Under the pieces are notes generated by a model. That model did no database searches. It saw only the letters and a list, made by a program, of their open reading frames with translations, and was not told the origin of the DNA. Below, in pieces: positions 19,558 to 28,379 of a stretch of 64,000 nt of DNA. Each line of letters opens with the position of its first letter. The stretch's first letter is position 1. Source of the stretch: Escherichia phage phi92; the sequence record NC_023693.1. One strand, written 5' to 3'. Made by a program: the position numbers and the translations under genes.

Positions 19558-20191
19558 TGCGAAGATCCTCCAGAGATTGTTTATATTGTTCCCAGTTTAC
19601 ACCAATCCCCTGTTCTTTCTCTTCTTTTGACAGATTCGCAAAAGGTAAAGGATTGTCTCCAAACACATCATCAGGATGGATAAACGCCATAATTCGAATA
19701 GGACATGGCACGCCTTGAATACCTCGGTTCAAACCTGCCAGTGGAACGCGATGAATCCACTCTGCATCTTCATATCCATAACCGTGGGTGTATGAGCGGA
19801 AATAGCCAGCTTTCTCAATAACTGCACGGGAATACATACCAAACTGGCACATACCTAGTTCCCAAATAACCACTTCCCCTTCAATACCTTTTACTTTATC
19901 TTTAAAGTATTCAGGCATACCAAAGAAATCCCAACCATTTTCCTTCGCCTGTTTTACAAAATATGTTTCCCAACCTGGAACAACAGGATAACAATCATCA
20001 TCAAAAATAAACCAGTAGTCATACCCTTCATCATAAAACTTTTTCATCAGTTCATTACGGGCATATGCAACACCTTTTCGTTCACGATCATACTGTACAA
20101 CAAAAGTAGCATTAGGATCAGTTACAAGATAATCTTTAAGAGGACGCTTACCTACAGTAATAACACCAACACCAATTTTTGTATTTTCCAA
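19505..20191 (-). CDS. GT-A-like glycosyltransferase
   Basis: 228 aa; DxD-type acidic motif YWFIFDDDCYP after a Rossmann-like N-terminus. Confidence 0.45.
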   Translation of the reverse strand: MENTKIGVGVITVGKRPLKDYLVTDPNATFVVQYDRERKGVAYARNELMKKFYDEGYDYWFIFDDDCYPVVPGWETYFVKQAKENGWDFFGMPEYFKDKVKGIEGEVVIWELGMCQFGMYSRAVIEKAGYFRSYTHGYGYEDAEWIHRVPLAGLNRGIQGVPCPIRIMAFIHPDDVFGDNPLPFANLSKEEKEQGIGVNWEQYKQSLEDLRNGKTFISYEEAQKYGKS

Positions 20192-20200
20192 AATAACTCC

Positions 20201-20764
20201 TTAAATAATTTTATTCATGTCTTGACAATGTAAAAGGTGTGAAACAGCTTTTCTAGGATCATCATTACCTAAACGGTATGTGTGAAATAAATATAACCCA
20301 CGTAGTAAACCTAGCCTTTTATTGTTAGCGTGCAATGCTTTAGAGAAAATTATATCAAACTGTATTGATCTTTCCTCAAAAGGAATTTCATTCCACAGAC
20401 TCTTACGAAAGAGAAGAAAGAATCCTGCTAAGATAGCATCTGTAGGTACTTCCTCTATTGAGTTTCCCCATTCTAGATGTGCTCTTTTTGCAATCTCAAT
20501 GTGGTGTAATATATTCGGATCTTCACTTCTTTCATTATTAAATAATTGATATGTTGATCCCAATCTGTTACAAGATGCACCAAGAACATCAAAATCAGGA
20601 TTTGAACGGACAATTGATTCCAGCCAAGCAGGTTGTTCTGGAAGAAGAAACATTGTATCAATGTCTCTTAGGCAAATCCAACTATCTTCTGGTAAGACAC
20701 TTATTGTGTCATTGATACCTTTTCCAATATCTCCAGAAAGATAGGGAGTTATGTGAAATATCAT
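20201..20764 (-). CDS. hypothetical protein (possible fourth glycosyltransferase-like gene)
   Basis: 187 aa ORF contiguous with the glycosyltransferase operon; acidic motif ICLRDIDTMF. Confidence 0.35.
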   Translation of the reverse strand: MIFHITPYLSGDIGKGINDTISVLPEDSWICLRDIDTMFLLPEQPAWLESIVRSNPDFDVLGASCNRLGSTYQLFNNERSEDPNILHHIEIAKRAHLEWGNSIEEVPTDAILAGFFLLFRKSLWNEIPFEERSIQFDIIFSKALHANNKRLGLLRGLYLFHTYRLGNDDPRKAVSHLLHCQDMNKII

Positions 20765-20821
20765 ACTCCCTCCGTATTATTACTTTAGCATTTTTAGACT
20801 AAAAAGTCCAAATGGTTTTAC

Positions 20822-21016
20822 CTATTGATTACGTTTTGCGAGTTCCATTTGGATAGCTAAACTGTGATCTCGTGCTTCCATATATTCTTTATATGTTTCA
20901 TTAAGATGATCACGACAAACATCACGCAGTTTAATCAGTTTATCTGTAGGGATACCACTAAGATCATCCCAAGATTTTACAACTTCACCAGTATCATTGA
21001 TCCCAATGGTTTTCAT
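20822..21016 (-). CDS. hypothetical protein
   Basis: 64 aa ORF. Confidence 0.3.
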   Translation of the reverse strand: MKTIGINDTGEVVKSWDDLSGIPTDKLIKLRDVCRDHLNETYKEYMEARDHSLAIQMELAKRNQ

Positions 21017-21272
21017 CTACAACCTCCTTAATTGCTACAGCACAGTTTTTGCAGATACACTGCCCTTTACCTTTAGAAATCTGGATGTAAGGTTCATTTT
21101 CATTTTCGCCCTTACGTGAGTCATATATTACAGAATTGAAGCACACAACGCAAATATTTTTTAAGATTGTATACTTATCAACTTTCTTTTTTGTTTTAAA
21201 GTTAACTTCAATAACATCAGCCATCAGTGTAACACTCCCAGTATGTTGCTTTGTGACATAACCATAGAACAT
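20994..21272 (-). CDS. zinc-ribbon protein
   Basis: 92 aa; paired CVVC...CICKNC cysteine motifs. Confidence 0.4.
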   Translation of the reverse strand: MFYGYVTKQHTGSVTLMADVIEVNFKTKKKVDKYTILKNICVVCFNSVIYDSRKGENENEPYIQISKGKGQCICKNCAVAIKEVVDENHWDQ

Positions 21273-21502
21273 TCAACATTATCGTGACTACGTGAAAAAC
21301 GTTCCCAAACATCTTCATCGACTCGTAAAGCTATACAAGGATAGACGTTATCATTGATCATTTCAATTGAATAAACATCCACATTGTCTTCGTCTTCGAT
21401 GAACATCATTGCAAACTGTTCTAAATGTTTCCTAATGTAATGTACATCCTCTTCTGTAAGACCAATAACAAGATAACTTGCAACGATAACGCCATCTTTC
21501 AT
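21224..21502 (-). CDS. hypothetical protein
   Basis: 92 aa ORF. Confidence 0.35.
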   Translation of the reverse strand: MKDGVIVASYLVIGLTEEDVHYIRKHLEQFAMMFIEDEDNVDVYSIEMINDNVYPCIALRVDEDVWERFSRSHDNVECSMVMSQSNILGVLH

Positions 21503-21512
21503 CTATATCTCC

Positions 21513-22022
21513 TTAGCGATAGAATTGATGTTCTTTGTAGCGGTACACTAGAACCATATCTTTTTCCCAGTGTGCTCTTATTGTAGATTTTTTAAAGTAT
21601 AATGCTCCTTTTGTAATATCTAATGCAATTCGTAATTCTGGAAAATGCGTATCGAGATAAAGTAGACGTTCTGCTATAGCCTTAGCTTCCTTCCACTTAT
21701 CACGTTCCATAACGTTGAATGTCTTTGTGTAAGAGAATTGTCCTTTTTGAAACAAAACTTCTTTTATAGTATCAGGGAAATATGAATCTCTAGCCCTATT
21801 CAATACTACATTACCAACAGCAGACATACCGCGCTTTCCTTGATTACGACTTTCTGCATAGATTGCACAAGCTAATAGATTTTCTTTACTATCACGCTTT
21901 GTACACTTGTGAACTACTTTAGCAGTTTTTACGTTTGCAGCTTCGGCTTGCGCCACAACAGGTGTAAATGTAAAAGCAGTTAAGGATAGTAACGCAATTG
22001 CGACAAAGGTTTTTATTGACAA
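21513..22022 (-). CDS. secreted cell-wall hydrolase (SleB/CwlJ-like)
   Basis: N-terminal signal peptide MSIKTFVAIALLSLTAFTFTPVVAQA; core AIYAESRNQG...VGNVVLNRA resembles the SleB-type hydrolase domain. Confidence 0.5.
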   Translation of the reverse strand: MSIKTFVAIALLSLTAFTFTPVVAQAEAANVKTAKVVHKCTKRDSKENLLACAIYAESRNQGKRGMSAVGNVVLNRARDSYFPDTIKEVLFQKGQFSYTKTFNVMERDKWKEAKAIAERLLYLDTHFPELRIALDITKGALYFKKSTIRAHWEKDMVLVYRYKEHQFYR

Positions 22023-22114
22023 ACTTGCCTCCTATTTTGTTAAACGAACTTTTATTGTAACACAGAAGAGGCTGTTTTGCAAGTGGAGGGGGATTATCCC
22101 CCTCTTACACTCTG

Positions 22115-22717
22115 TTAGATATTGTAAACCTTTGTATGAGTTACTACACCATCTTCTACAAAATCAATACGTTCTTGATCCGTAACTAGTGCAGACAACA
22201 CTTTAAATTTAATTTTTACACGTTCAAAAGCTGGTTGACCATCTTTAAGATAATTATGTTCAGTTGTCACTGTCTTGTTTACAAAATCAATTTTTGCTTT
22301 ACCGTTTTCGCGTAGGTGGAATGTTTTTCCTGCTTTGTACACAATTTCAACATTACCTTCGAGAATAATTCCTTCAAAAAGTTCACCATCTTCTTCATTT
22401 TCTTCACTTTTGAACAGACGACGAAACTCTTCCATATCAAGATAAACAACATCTTCAGGATGACTATCAGTAAGGTATGTCCTACCATCCATTAACCCGA
22501 AATATTGCCAGACTGCAGAATAAACATCACAATTTGATCCTGCGGTTTCCTTTAGTTTAGTTCCACGGATTACTTCATAAACTTCAAAATTAAAACCAGA
22601 CTGCAAAGCATTAAACAGTACATCACTAACTTCTAAAGCATAATCTTCATTGTTGTCAATATCCACAAGAAAATTACCGCTACGAATAAGTTTTTGACCT
22701 ACTAAAGTAATACCCAT
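22115..22717 (-). CDS. hypothetical protein
   Basis: 200 aa ORF. Confidence 0.4.
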   Translation of the reverse strand: MGITLVGQKLIRSGNFLVDIDNNEDYALEVSDVLFNALQSGFNFEVYEVIRGTKLKETAGSNCDVYSAVWQYFGLMDGRTYLTDSHPEDVVYLDMEEFRRLFKSEENEEDGELFEGIILEGNVEIVYKAGKTFHLRENGKAKIDFVNKTVTTEHNYLKDGQPAFERVKIKFKVLSALVTDQERIDFVEDGVVTHTKVYNI

Positions 22718-22742
22718 TGTTTTCTCCTCTTCTATTTAAAAT

Positions 22743-22758
22743 ATGCGCCCCGAAGGGC
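22743..22758 (-). terminator. terminator-like hairpin
   Basis: GCGCCC-CGAA-GGGCGC immediately downstream of the TerD-like gene. Confidence 0.35.
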
Positions 22759-22769
22759 GCTATGATTTA

Positions 22770-23366
22770 TTACTCGAACCAATCGTCGCCAGCGCCAAAC
22801 GCTTTAACTACATCGTAAATATCAAGCCCAGCTTTACCCACACCATACGCTTTCAGTTTCCATTCGCTATCTTCTCGCACCAGGGAGGCAACGTGGCAAA
22901 TGGTGTTACCTGCAAGTTCTGGAGCCAAGAAGTCAAAGTCCAGCAGTTCAACATTACGTTCATCATCGAAGATTTTAAGGAAACCTTCGGTAGCGTGACC
23001 AAGGCGTTTCTTACCCGTTTCGTCATCAATAGTAATTACGAATGCAATTTCCTGTGCTTCAGCAGAGATATTATCCAGTGTAACATCAATCTGCTCCATT
23101 TGTCCTACACCGTCACGAACATCTTCACCTGCAAAAGTAGAACGTTCAGGATCAAATTTCTGTGCGTAGCATACCAGGTGGCGAGGAGACAACAGTTCCG
23201 GCAGACCAGATGCATTGTGTCGGCAAATCAGAGCACTAACATCCAGATCCAGTTTTTCGTTAGATTTCCAAGAGAATTCCAGACGAATGCGTTTCAGTGC
23301 TGGTGCGATCTTTTTCAGGGAAACTTTTTCGCTAGAACCTTTTTTCAGGGAAATTTTCTGAGTCAT
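22770..23366 (-). CDS. TerD-domain stress-response protein
   Basis: 198 aa; N-terminus ISLKKGSSEKVSLKK and overall pattern typical of the TerD family. Confidence 0.65.
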   Translation of the reverse strand: MTQKISLKKGSSEKVSLKKIAPALKRIRLEFSWKSNEKLDLDVSALICRHNASGLPELLSPRHLVCYAQKFDPERSTFAGEDVRDGVGQMEQIDVTLDNISAEAQEIAFVITIDDETGKKRLGHATEGFLKIFDDERNVELLDFDFLAPELAGNTICHVASLVREDSEWKLKAYGVGKAGLDIYDVVKAFGAGDDWFE

Positions 23367-23438
23367 AATTTATTATCTCCTTTGTTGTTAATTTACGTTG
23401 TCTATTTTACTAATCTTTTCTACAAAGTCAAGCGTTTT

Positions 23439-24233
23439 TTACGCTTTTGCTCCGAATTTTTTAACCCACTCACCAAACTCTTCGGATAACAGTTTATCGT
23501 AAAGTTCTTCGTCAGACAAGGACAAATCTGCAATACCGATAAAATCAACATTATCGTATTCTTTTGCCAAGTCTTTCAGGAATTTAAAGTTTGCATTACC
23601 TACACCAACCATAAACCAGTAAACAGGAGTGTTGCGGTGTTTGTTCAGCAAACTACGTACTGCTGAAGTATCCATGTTCTCCCCGTCAGTTTGGAAGAAA
23701 ATCATTGCAGGAGTACGATCAACTTGTGCATCAGTATCTACAACCTGTTCTACAACAGTACGTGTAACTTCTACACGTTCTTTTTTACCAGTTAGTTTAG
23801 CAAGGAAACCCTTAGCCGGAACTTCTTCATACTCAACGACTTCGCGTGTAATATTTTTCATAGGTACACTACCGAAGTATGTATCATAGATCTCTTGCAT
23901 TACTGGGGCATAAGCTGTACCACCATTGATGCAAACATTAGACATACAAGAGCCGACATAATCATCATATACATCAGCCGTTGCGGGAGGCAGTTCAAAA
24001 GAAGAACTATTGAAAGCCCACATGTCAATCTGTGCATTATCATCAAATTTCATACCAAACGGCAGCAGCTTACCTACAAAATCACTAACAGTGCCATCAC
24101 GATACAGCTCACACATACTACCCGAAATATCTAAGGCGCTACCGACACGAAGAACAACATCGTTAATCTTTTTCTTACGCAGAGATACGGTAAGAGTTTC
24201 TTGACGTTTTTTAAGACTGATTTTATTGGACAT
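23439..24233 (-). CDS. vWA-domain protein with TerD-like N-terminus
   Basis: ISLKKRQETLTVSLRKK N-terminus; MIDAS-like DISGSM, GGTAY and FFQTDGENMD blocks of a von Willebrand A domain. Confidence 0.55.
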   Translation of the reverse strand: MSNKISLKKRQETLTVSLRKKKINDVVLRVGSALDISGSMCELYRDGTVSDFVGKLLPFGMKFDDNAQIDMWAFNSSSFELPPATADVYDDYVGSCMSNVCINGGTAYAPVMQEIYDTYFGSVPMKNITREVVEYEEVPAKGFLAKLTGKKERVEVTRTVVEQVVDTDAQVDRTPAMIFFQTDGENMDTSAVRSLLNKHRNTPVYWFMVGVGNANFKFLKDLAKEYDNVDFIGIADLSLSDEELYDKLLSEEFGEWVKKFGAKA

Positions 24234-24234
24234 A

Positions 24235-24504
24235 TTATTTCTCCTTTCTGAGTGTAATGTTAGTAACTTCTAAATCCACTTCTACCATTTCTGTATCATA
24301 TGAAATACAGCTAAGTTGACCTCTTTGTGAACCGTTCAGACACATTGCTTGGTTTGTATTAACCTTAATAAACACTAAGTTTCTGAACGTATCTAAACCA
24401 GCATCTTGATAGGCAACATAATATACAAATGTATCACCTGCGTCAAGTTCTCCAAAACATTTAGGTTCATCTGATTCGTCGTCTTTGATATTAAATTTAA
24501 GCAC
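24235..24504 (-). CDS. hypothetical protein
   Basis: 89 aa ORF. Confidence 0.35.
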   Translation of the reverse strand: MLKFNIKDDESDEPKCFGELDAGDTFVYYVAYQDAGLDTFRNLVFIKVNTNQAMCLNGSQRGQLSCISYDTEMVEVDLEVTNITLRKEK

Positions 24505-25060
24505 TATCTTCTCCTTTACCTACTTTCAAGCCTAAATAGAAAGCCTCTCTAGTGATTTTTTGCAACTCGTTTAAAGAGATAGTTACAACTAAATCATCTT
24601 CAATTTCTAGTTTTGAGTCTTCTTCTGTCTCAATGCAAGTATTATGCACTTTGTGGTAAGGATTGTCAACACGTTTAAATTTATTATTTTCAGTGCTGAA
24701 GAAGCAATCTGGATCTTCTTCCCCATCACCCCAACCCTGGTTAGGATCTTCTTCAGATCTTTCTGTTGGGATCTCACCTGTAAAGTGTTCTTCTAATACC
24801 AGAGCAATCCCATCTCCAAGATCGGAAGAGAACATCAAATTACAAACTTCTTCCCAAGGCATAGACCACTTAAATCTTTTACGATTGCCATGTTTATCTT
24901 CTTCGTTAGAGAAAACACTACCATAGCTATCATAATTCCCATACATCTCTTCGACAACCTTACCACCTTTCAAAAGAAATAGGTAGCAAGGAGAGCCATC
25001 GAAAGAGGTAGAGAGAGCAGCATTACCAGACTCTTTGCACAAGAAACTAAAACACCCCAT
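24497..25060 (-). CDS. hypothetical protein
   Basis: 187 aa ORF. Confidence 0.4.
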   Translation of the reverse strand: MGCFSFLCKESGNAALSTSFDGSPCYLFLLKGGKVVEEMYGNYDSYGSVFSNEEDKHGNRKRFKWSMPWEEVCNLMFSSDLGDGIALVLEEHFTGEIPTERSEEDPNQGWGDGEEDPDCFFSTENNKFKRVDNPYHKVHNTCIETEEDSKLEIEDDLVVTISLNELQKITREAFYLGLKVGKGEDSA

Positions 25061-25260
25061 TATACACCAGCCTTAAGATCAATTAAAGCCAAAGTTGTTT
25101 CAGAGTGTGTTTGCTCGTCTACAGGCGCAGTCATATGATAATACAAAAAATCTTCGGCATCATACCAATCTGATTCTTGACCTTGTTTCCAACCATCAAT
25201 GAAAGCATCTTCCATAATGGTTTGCAATTCTTCACGAGTTAAGTGAATATCTTTACTCAT
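25060..25260 (-). CDS. hypothetical protein
   Basis: 66 aa acidic ORF. Confidence 0.35.
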   Translation of the reverse strand: MSKDIHLTREELQTIMEDAFIDGWKQGQESDWYDAEDFLYYHMTAPVDEQTHSETTLALIDLKAGV

Positions 25261-25493
25261 TACACATTCTCCTCTTTTACCAATTCCATCGTTGAATTGT
25301 CAAAACCATCTTTAGAAGAATAGGTATAGACAGAACGTAGTTCTCGCAGGACAGTGAATACATTAGGATCATCTAACCAAGCATCCTGGAGGAGAACATA
25401 ACGATCTTCATTGTCATACTGAACAGCAATCATAGAACCAGACAGTTTGTAAATTTTAATATTCATAATATATTTCTCCTTAAAGTAGACCAC
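25260..25493 (-). CDS. hypothetical protein
   Basis: 77 aa ORF. Confidence 0.35.
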   Translation of the reverse strand: MVYFKEKYIMNIKIYKLSGSMIAVQYDNEDRYVLLQDAWLDDPNVFTVLRELRSVYTYSSKDGFDNSTMELVKEENV

Positions 25494-26583
25494 GTTTAAC
25501 AGTTTGAATCATACCATCTTCAAGAGATTGCACTTCTTGAATGTAATCAATACGGGCAGCACGGGCTTCAGTGTTGATTCGGTTAGTTTCTTCCAACATT
25601 TTAACTAAGTTTTCTTGATCACGACGTAATGTTTCAATATCCAATACTTGACGATTAGCAAGTTGTGTAGCTTCAATTTGGTTTTGTGCAGCCAGATCAC
25701 TACCCATTGCAATAGCAGCATTAAATTCATTCAGTACATTGTTCTGTGTATCGGCTGCTTTCTTCTGGCGTAGACTTTCAATATACATAGAAAAGTTTGC
25801 AGAGTAAGCAGGGATAACATTATTCACAATATTACGGGCTGATCGCATCAAACTTGCAGATACTTTCTGCATACTTTGTACACGTGGCCCCATCTGAACA
25901 CACAGTAAGCGTAAGGCTTTCAGGTCTGCAATACGAATTTCAAGCAGATCCATAGTATCACGAGTACGCTGACGCTCTTCTACGTCATTTTCAGGCAGTG
26001 TATTAAGGCGAATTTCTTCTTTTTCATAAGTAGCTGTTAGAAGCTCTATATCTCTGTTTAAGCTAAGAGCATATTTTGCAATAGCCTCTTCTAAACGTTG
26101 CAGATATCGTAAAGAATCTTCTTCTTTTTTCAAGTCTGTTTGGAGTGTCTTTACCAAACCTTCAATACGGTTATTAATGGTGTCAAATTCTCCAAACAAA
26201 TCTTCTTTCATACCTAAAACTTTTTTAACTAGTTTACCTAAACCTTTAGATTGTTTAATAGAGTTAGGATCAAGTTGCTTTGCTTGCTTAATAAGTGCAG
26301 TTAAACGTTCACTCATTTCATCTCCCTGAGATGAACGCTGGTGTTTAAGCACTTCAGCATTAAGGTTACGAAGAGTAAGTCCTGCATCAGCACCAACCTG
26401 TTCAATCTCTTCACGCGACATTGGAGGCAGCATTTGTACAGGTCGTGCAACAGCAGGGGCATATACAGGGCTTGCATCCATAGCACTTGGAGCAAACAAA
26501 GACTTACTTTTTTCTGTTGTTGCCGTGAATACACTCATTTCAGACGGTTTGCTTTTTACGGCACTGATAAAAGGACTGGACAT
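25480..26583 (-). CDS. TelA-like (toxic anion resistance family) protein
   Basis: 367 aa, long helical coiled-coil-like sequence resembling the TelA/KlaA family. Confidence 0.55.
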   Translation of the reverse strand: MSSPFISAVKSKPSEMSVFTATTEKSKSLFAPSAMDASPVYAPAVARPVQMLPPMSREEIEQVGADAGLTLRNLNAEVLKHQRSSQGDEMSERLTALIKQAKQLDPNSIKQSKGLGKLVKKVLGMKEDLFGEFDTINNRIEGLVKTLQTDLKKEEDSLRYLQRLEEAIAKYALSLNRDIELLTATYEKEEIRLNTLPENDVEERQRTRDTMDLLEIRIADLKALRLLCVQMGPRVQSMQKVSASLMRSARNIVNNVIPAYSANFSMYIESLRQKKAADTQNNVLNEFNAAIAMGSDLAAQNQIEATQLANRQVLDIETLRRDQENLVKMLEETNRINTEARAARIDYIQEVQSLEDGMIQTVKRGLL

Positions 26584-26651
26584 TCAATTTCCTCCATATT
26601 CTTTAGTAAATGGTGATACCTCTGTACCACCATCATAACACAAATTAAGTA

Positions 26652-27521
26652 TTAAACAAACATATCTAAATAATTTGTAGTAATAAATGCTCCATCTGCT
26701 TCCAGATTAACATAACCAGTAGCATTAGTGGTTAAGAAATCCAGATCGAAGGACTCTTTAACACCCCGTACCTCAACACGAGAGATATCGAATACAGGTA
26801 GTGTAACAGCCTCTTCGTGCAATACCGTACCTTTGTAGGTTGCCTTAATGATAAACTTGATATTACCTGTTCCAGCATCATATAAAACACTTTCAAACCC
26901 TTTGAGAGTATATTTATCACCAGAGGTGAAGTGCAAAGTTGCTTTGTTTACAGTACGGTTCTTACGAGGAGTTCCTTTCACACGTTTATGATCACTACGT
27001 CTTTTGCATTTAGGAATGAATACAAACGATACACTCTCAAGAAAGGTATCAACATCAAGGATTTTAATATCCTCTGTTGCAGCAAATTTTGAAGTAGTTG
27101 CATCAAAATGCTTTTCCCTGCGATCATACATAAAGATATCAAACCGATCTTCTAAATCAAACCGATCTTCTAAATCAAACAAATTATGCAGTTTAATTTC
27201 AGAATGCTTGCACATTGCAGCAACCTTAAACTCTTCAAAACGTGGGTGTTCTACAAGTTCTTCAAGTTTTACACCAAAGACAGTATATTGTTTCGAAGTT
27301 TTTTCTGGTGTTGGCATTACAGAAGCATAATCACCGATTGCGCTCTTAAAGCAAAATTGTTCTTGACCTGTATTTTTACCAACGAATTTACAGTATTCGT
27401 CATCGTGCATACTTTCCTGGGTAGTACCAACAAACTCAAAACCATCTTTATTCTTCTCAAGGATTTCTTGATTAAAGATCCAACCTTCCAGGCGATATAC
27501 TTTACCAACTTCTAGTTTCAT
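26652..27521 (-). CDS. hypothetical protein
   Basis: 289 aa ORF; contains an exact 18-bp in-frame tandem duplication (EDRFDL twice). Confidence 0.4.
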   Translation of the reverse strand: MKLEVGKVYRLEGWIFNQEILEKNKDGFEFVGTTQESMHDDEYCKFVGKNTGQEQFCFKSAIGDYASVMPTPEKTSKQYTVFGVKLEELVEHPRFEEFKVAAMCKHSEIKLHNLFDLEDRFDLEDRFDIFMYDRREKHFDATTSKFAATEDIKILDVDTFLESVSFVFIPKCKRRSDHKRVKGTPRKNRTVNKATLHFTSGDKYTLKGFESVLYDAGTGNIKFIIKATYKGTVLHEEAVTLPVFDISRVEVRGVKESFDLDFLTTNATGYVNLEADGAFITTNYLDMFV

Positions 27522-27556
27522 CTGTTTCTCCTTCTTATTTAATCTGTATTAAATTA

Positions 27557-28162
27557 TTAACGACGACGTGAGCTACTAAAACTACGTTTCGACGAAGAAT
27601 AACTTTTCGAAGACTTACTATAAGAGCTAATAGGGCTTGAGTAAGACTTACGAGCAGAGTAATCACTATTCACTTTCGTTGTTGATGGGCGTGAATACGT
27701 TTGTACACTTTGCTGCTTAATTGTGTTTTGTTTAGTGGTTGTATATGTATTTCCTTGTTTATCATAAAAACTATGCTTTTGTGTTGTATATGCTTTACTG
27801 TTAGTTGTAGGAGCAGCGTTGTTATTAATAATTGTTGTGTTGCTACCACCATCTCTATAACCGCCACCGCCACTATTACCACTCAACATATGACCAAGAA
27901 GCATACCTGTAGCAAACTCACCTACACCAGAAGAACCACTGCCGCCTCCTTGCACAACAACTGTTGAAGGTTGTGCAGGTGCTGCTTGAACAACTTGAGG
28001 TGCAGGCTGATTTACATATTGTTCATCTACCATCTGATTTGGTGTTTGTTGGTAACGTTGATTTTGTACATTTTCAGAATCATCACAACCTACCAGCAAT
28101 GCACTACCTAAAACAACTGCAACAATAAAAGATTTAATGTTTTTCATTTGTAACCCTCTCAT
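27557..28162 (-). CDS. lipoprotein with low-complexity Q/S/T/Y-rich region
   Basis: Signal peptide with lipobox LLVGC; G-rich and S/Y/K-rich low-complexity C-terminus. Confidence 0.45.
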   Translation of the reverse strand: MRGLQMKNIKSFIVAVVLGSALLVGCDDSENVQNQRYQQTPNQMVDEQYVNQPAPQVVQAAPAQPSTVVVQGGGSGSSGVGEFATGMLLGHMLSGNSGGGGYRDGGSNTTIINNNAAPTTNSKAYTTQKHSFYDKQGNTYTTTKQNTIKQQSVQTYSRPSTTKVNSDYSARKSYSSPISSYSKSSKSYSSSKRSFSSSRRR

Positions 28163-28340
28163 TTAAAGTCTCAACACAATTTTTAAAATCCCTAGAGAAA
28201 CAATACATCTGTTCTCCGTTCCTGTTGATAGTAATTGTATGGTTATCAATATATGTTGTCAAGATAAAAATCAAACAAAACAACCCTAGAGCAAAACAAA
28301 TATTTTCAAACAGAATCCAAAGAACACGTAAAACCACCAT
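28134..28340 (-). CDS. small membrane protein
   Basis: 68 aa, hydrophobic segment; overlaps start of downstream gene. Confidence 0.3.
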   Translation of the reverse strand: MVVLRVLWILFENICFALGLFCLIFILTTYIDNHTITINRNGEQMYCFSRDFKNCVETLNERVTNEKH

Positions 28341-28379
28341 CAGATCACCTCAACAAAGCCCCCGAAGGGGCTTAATGAA

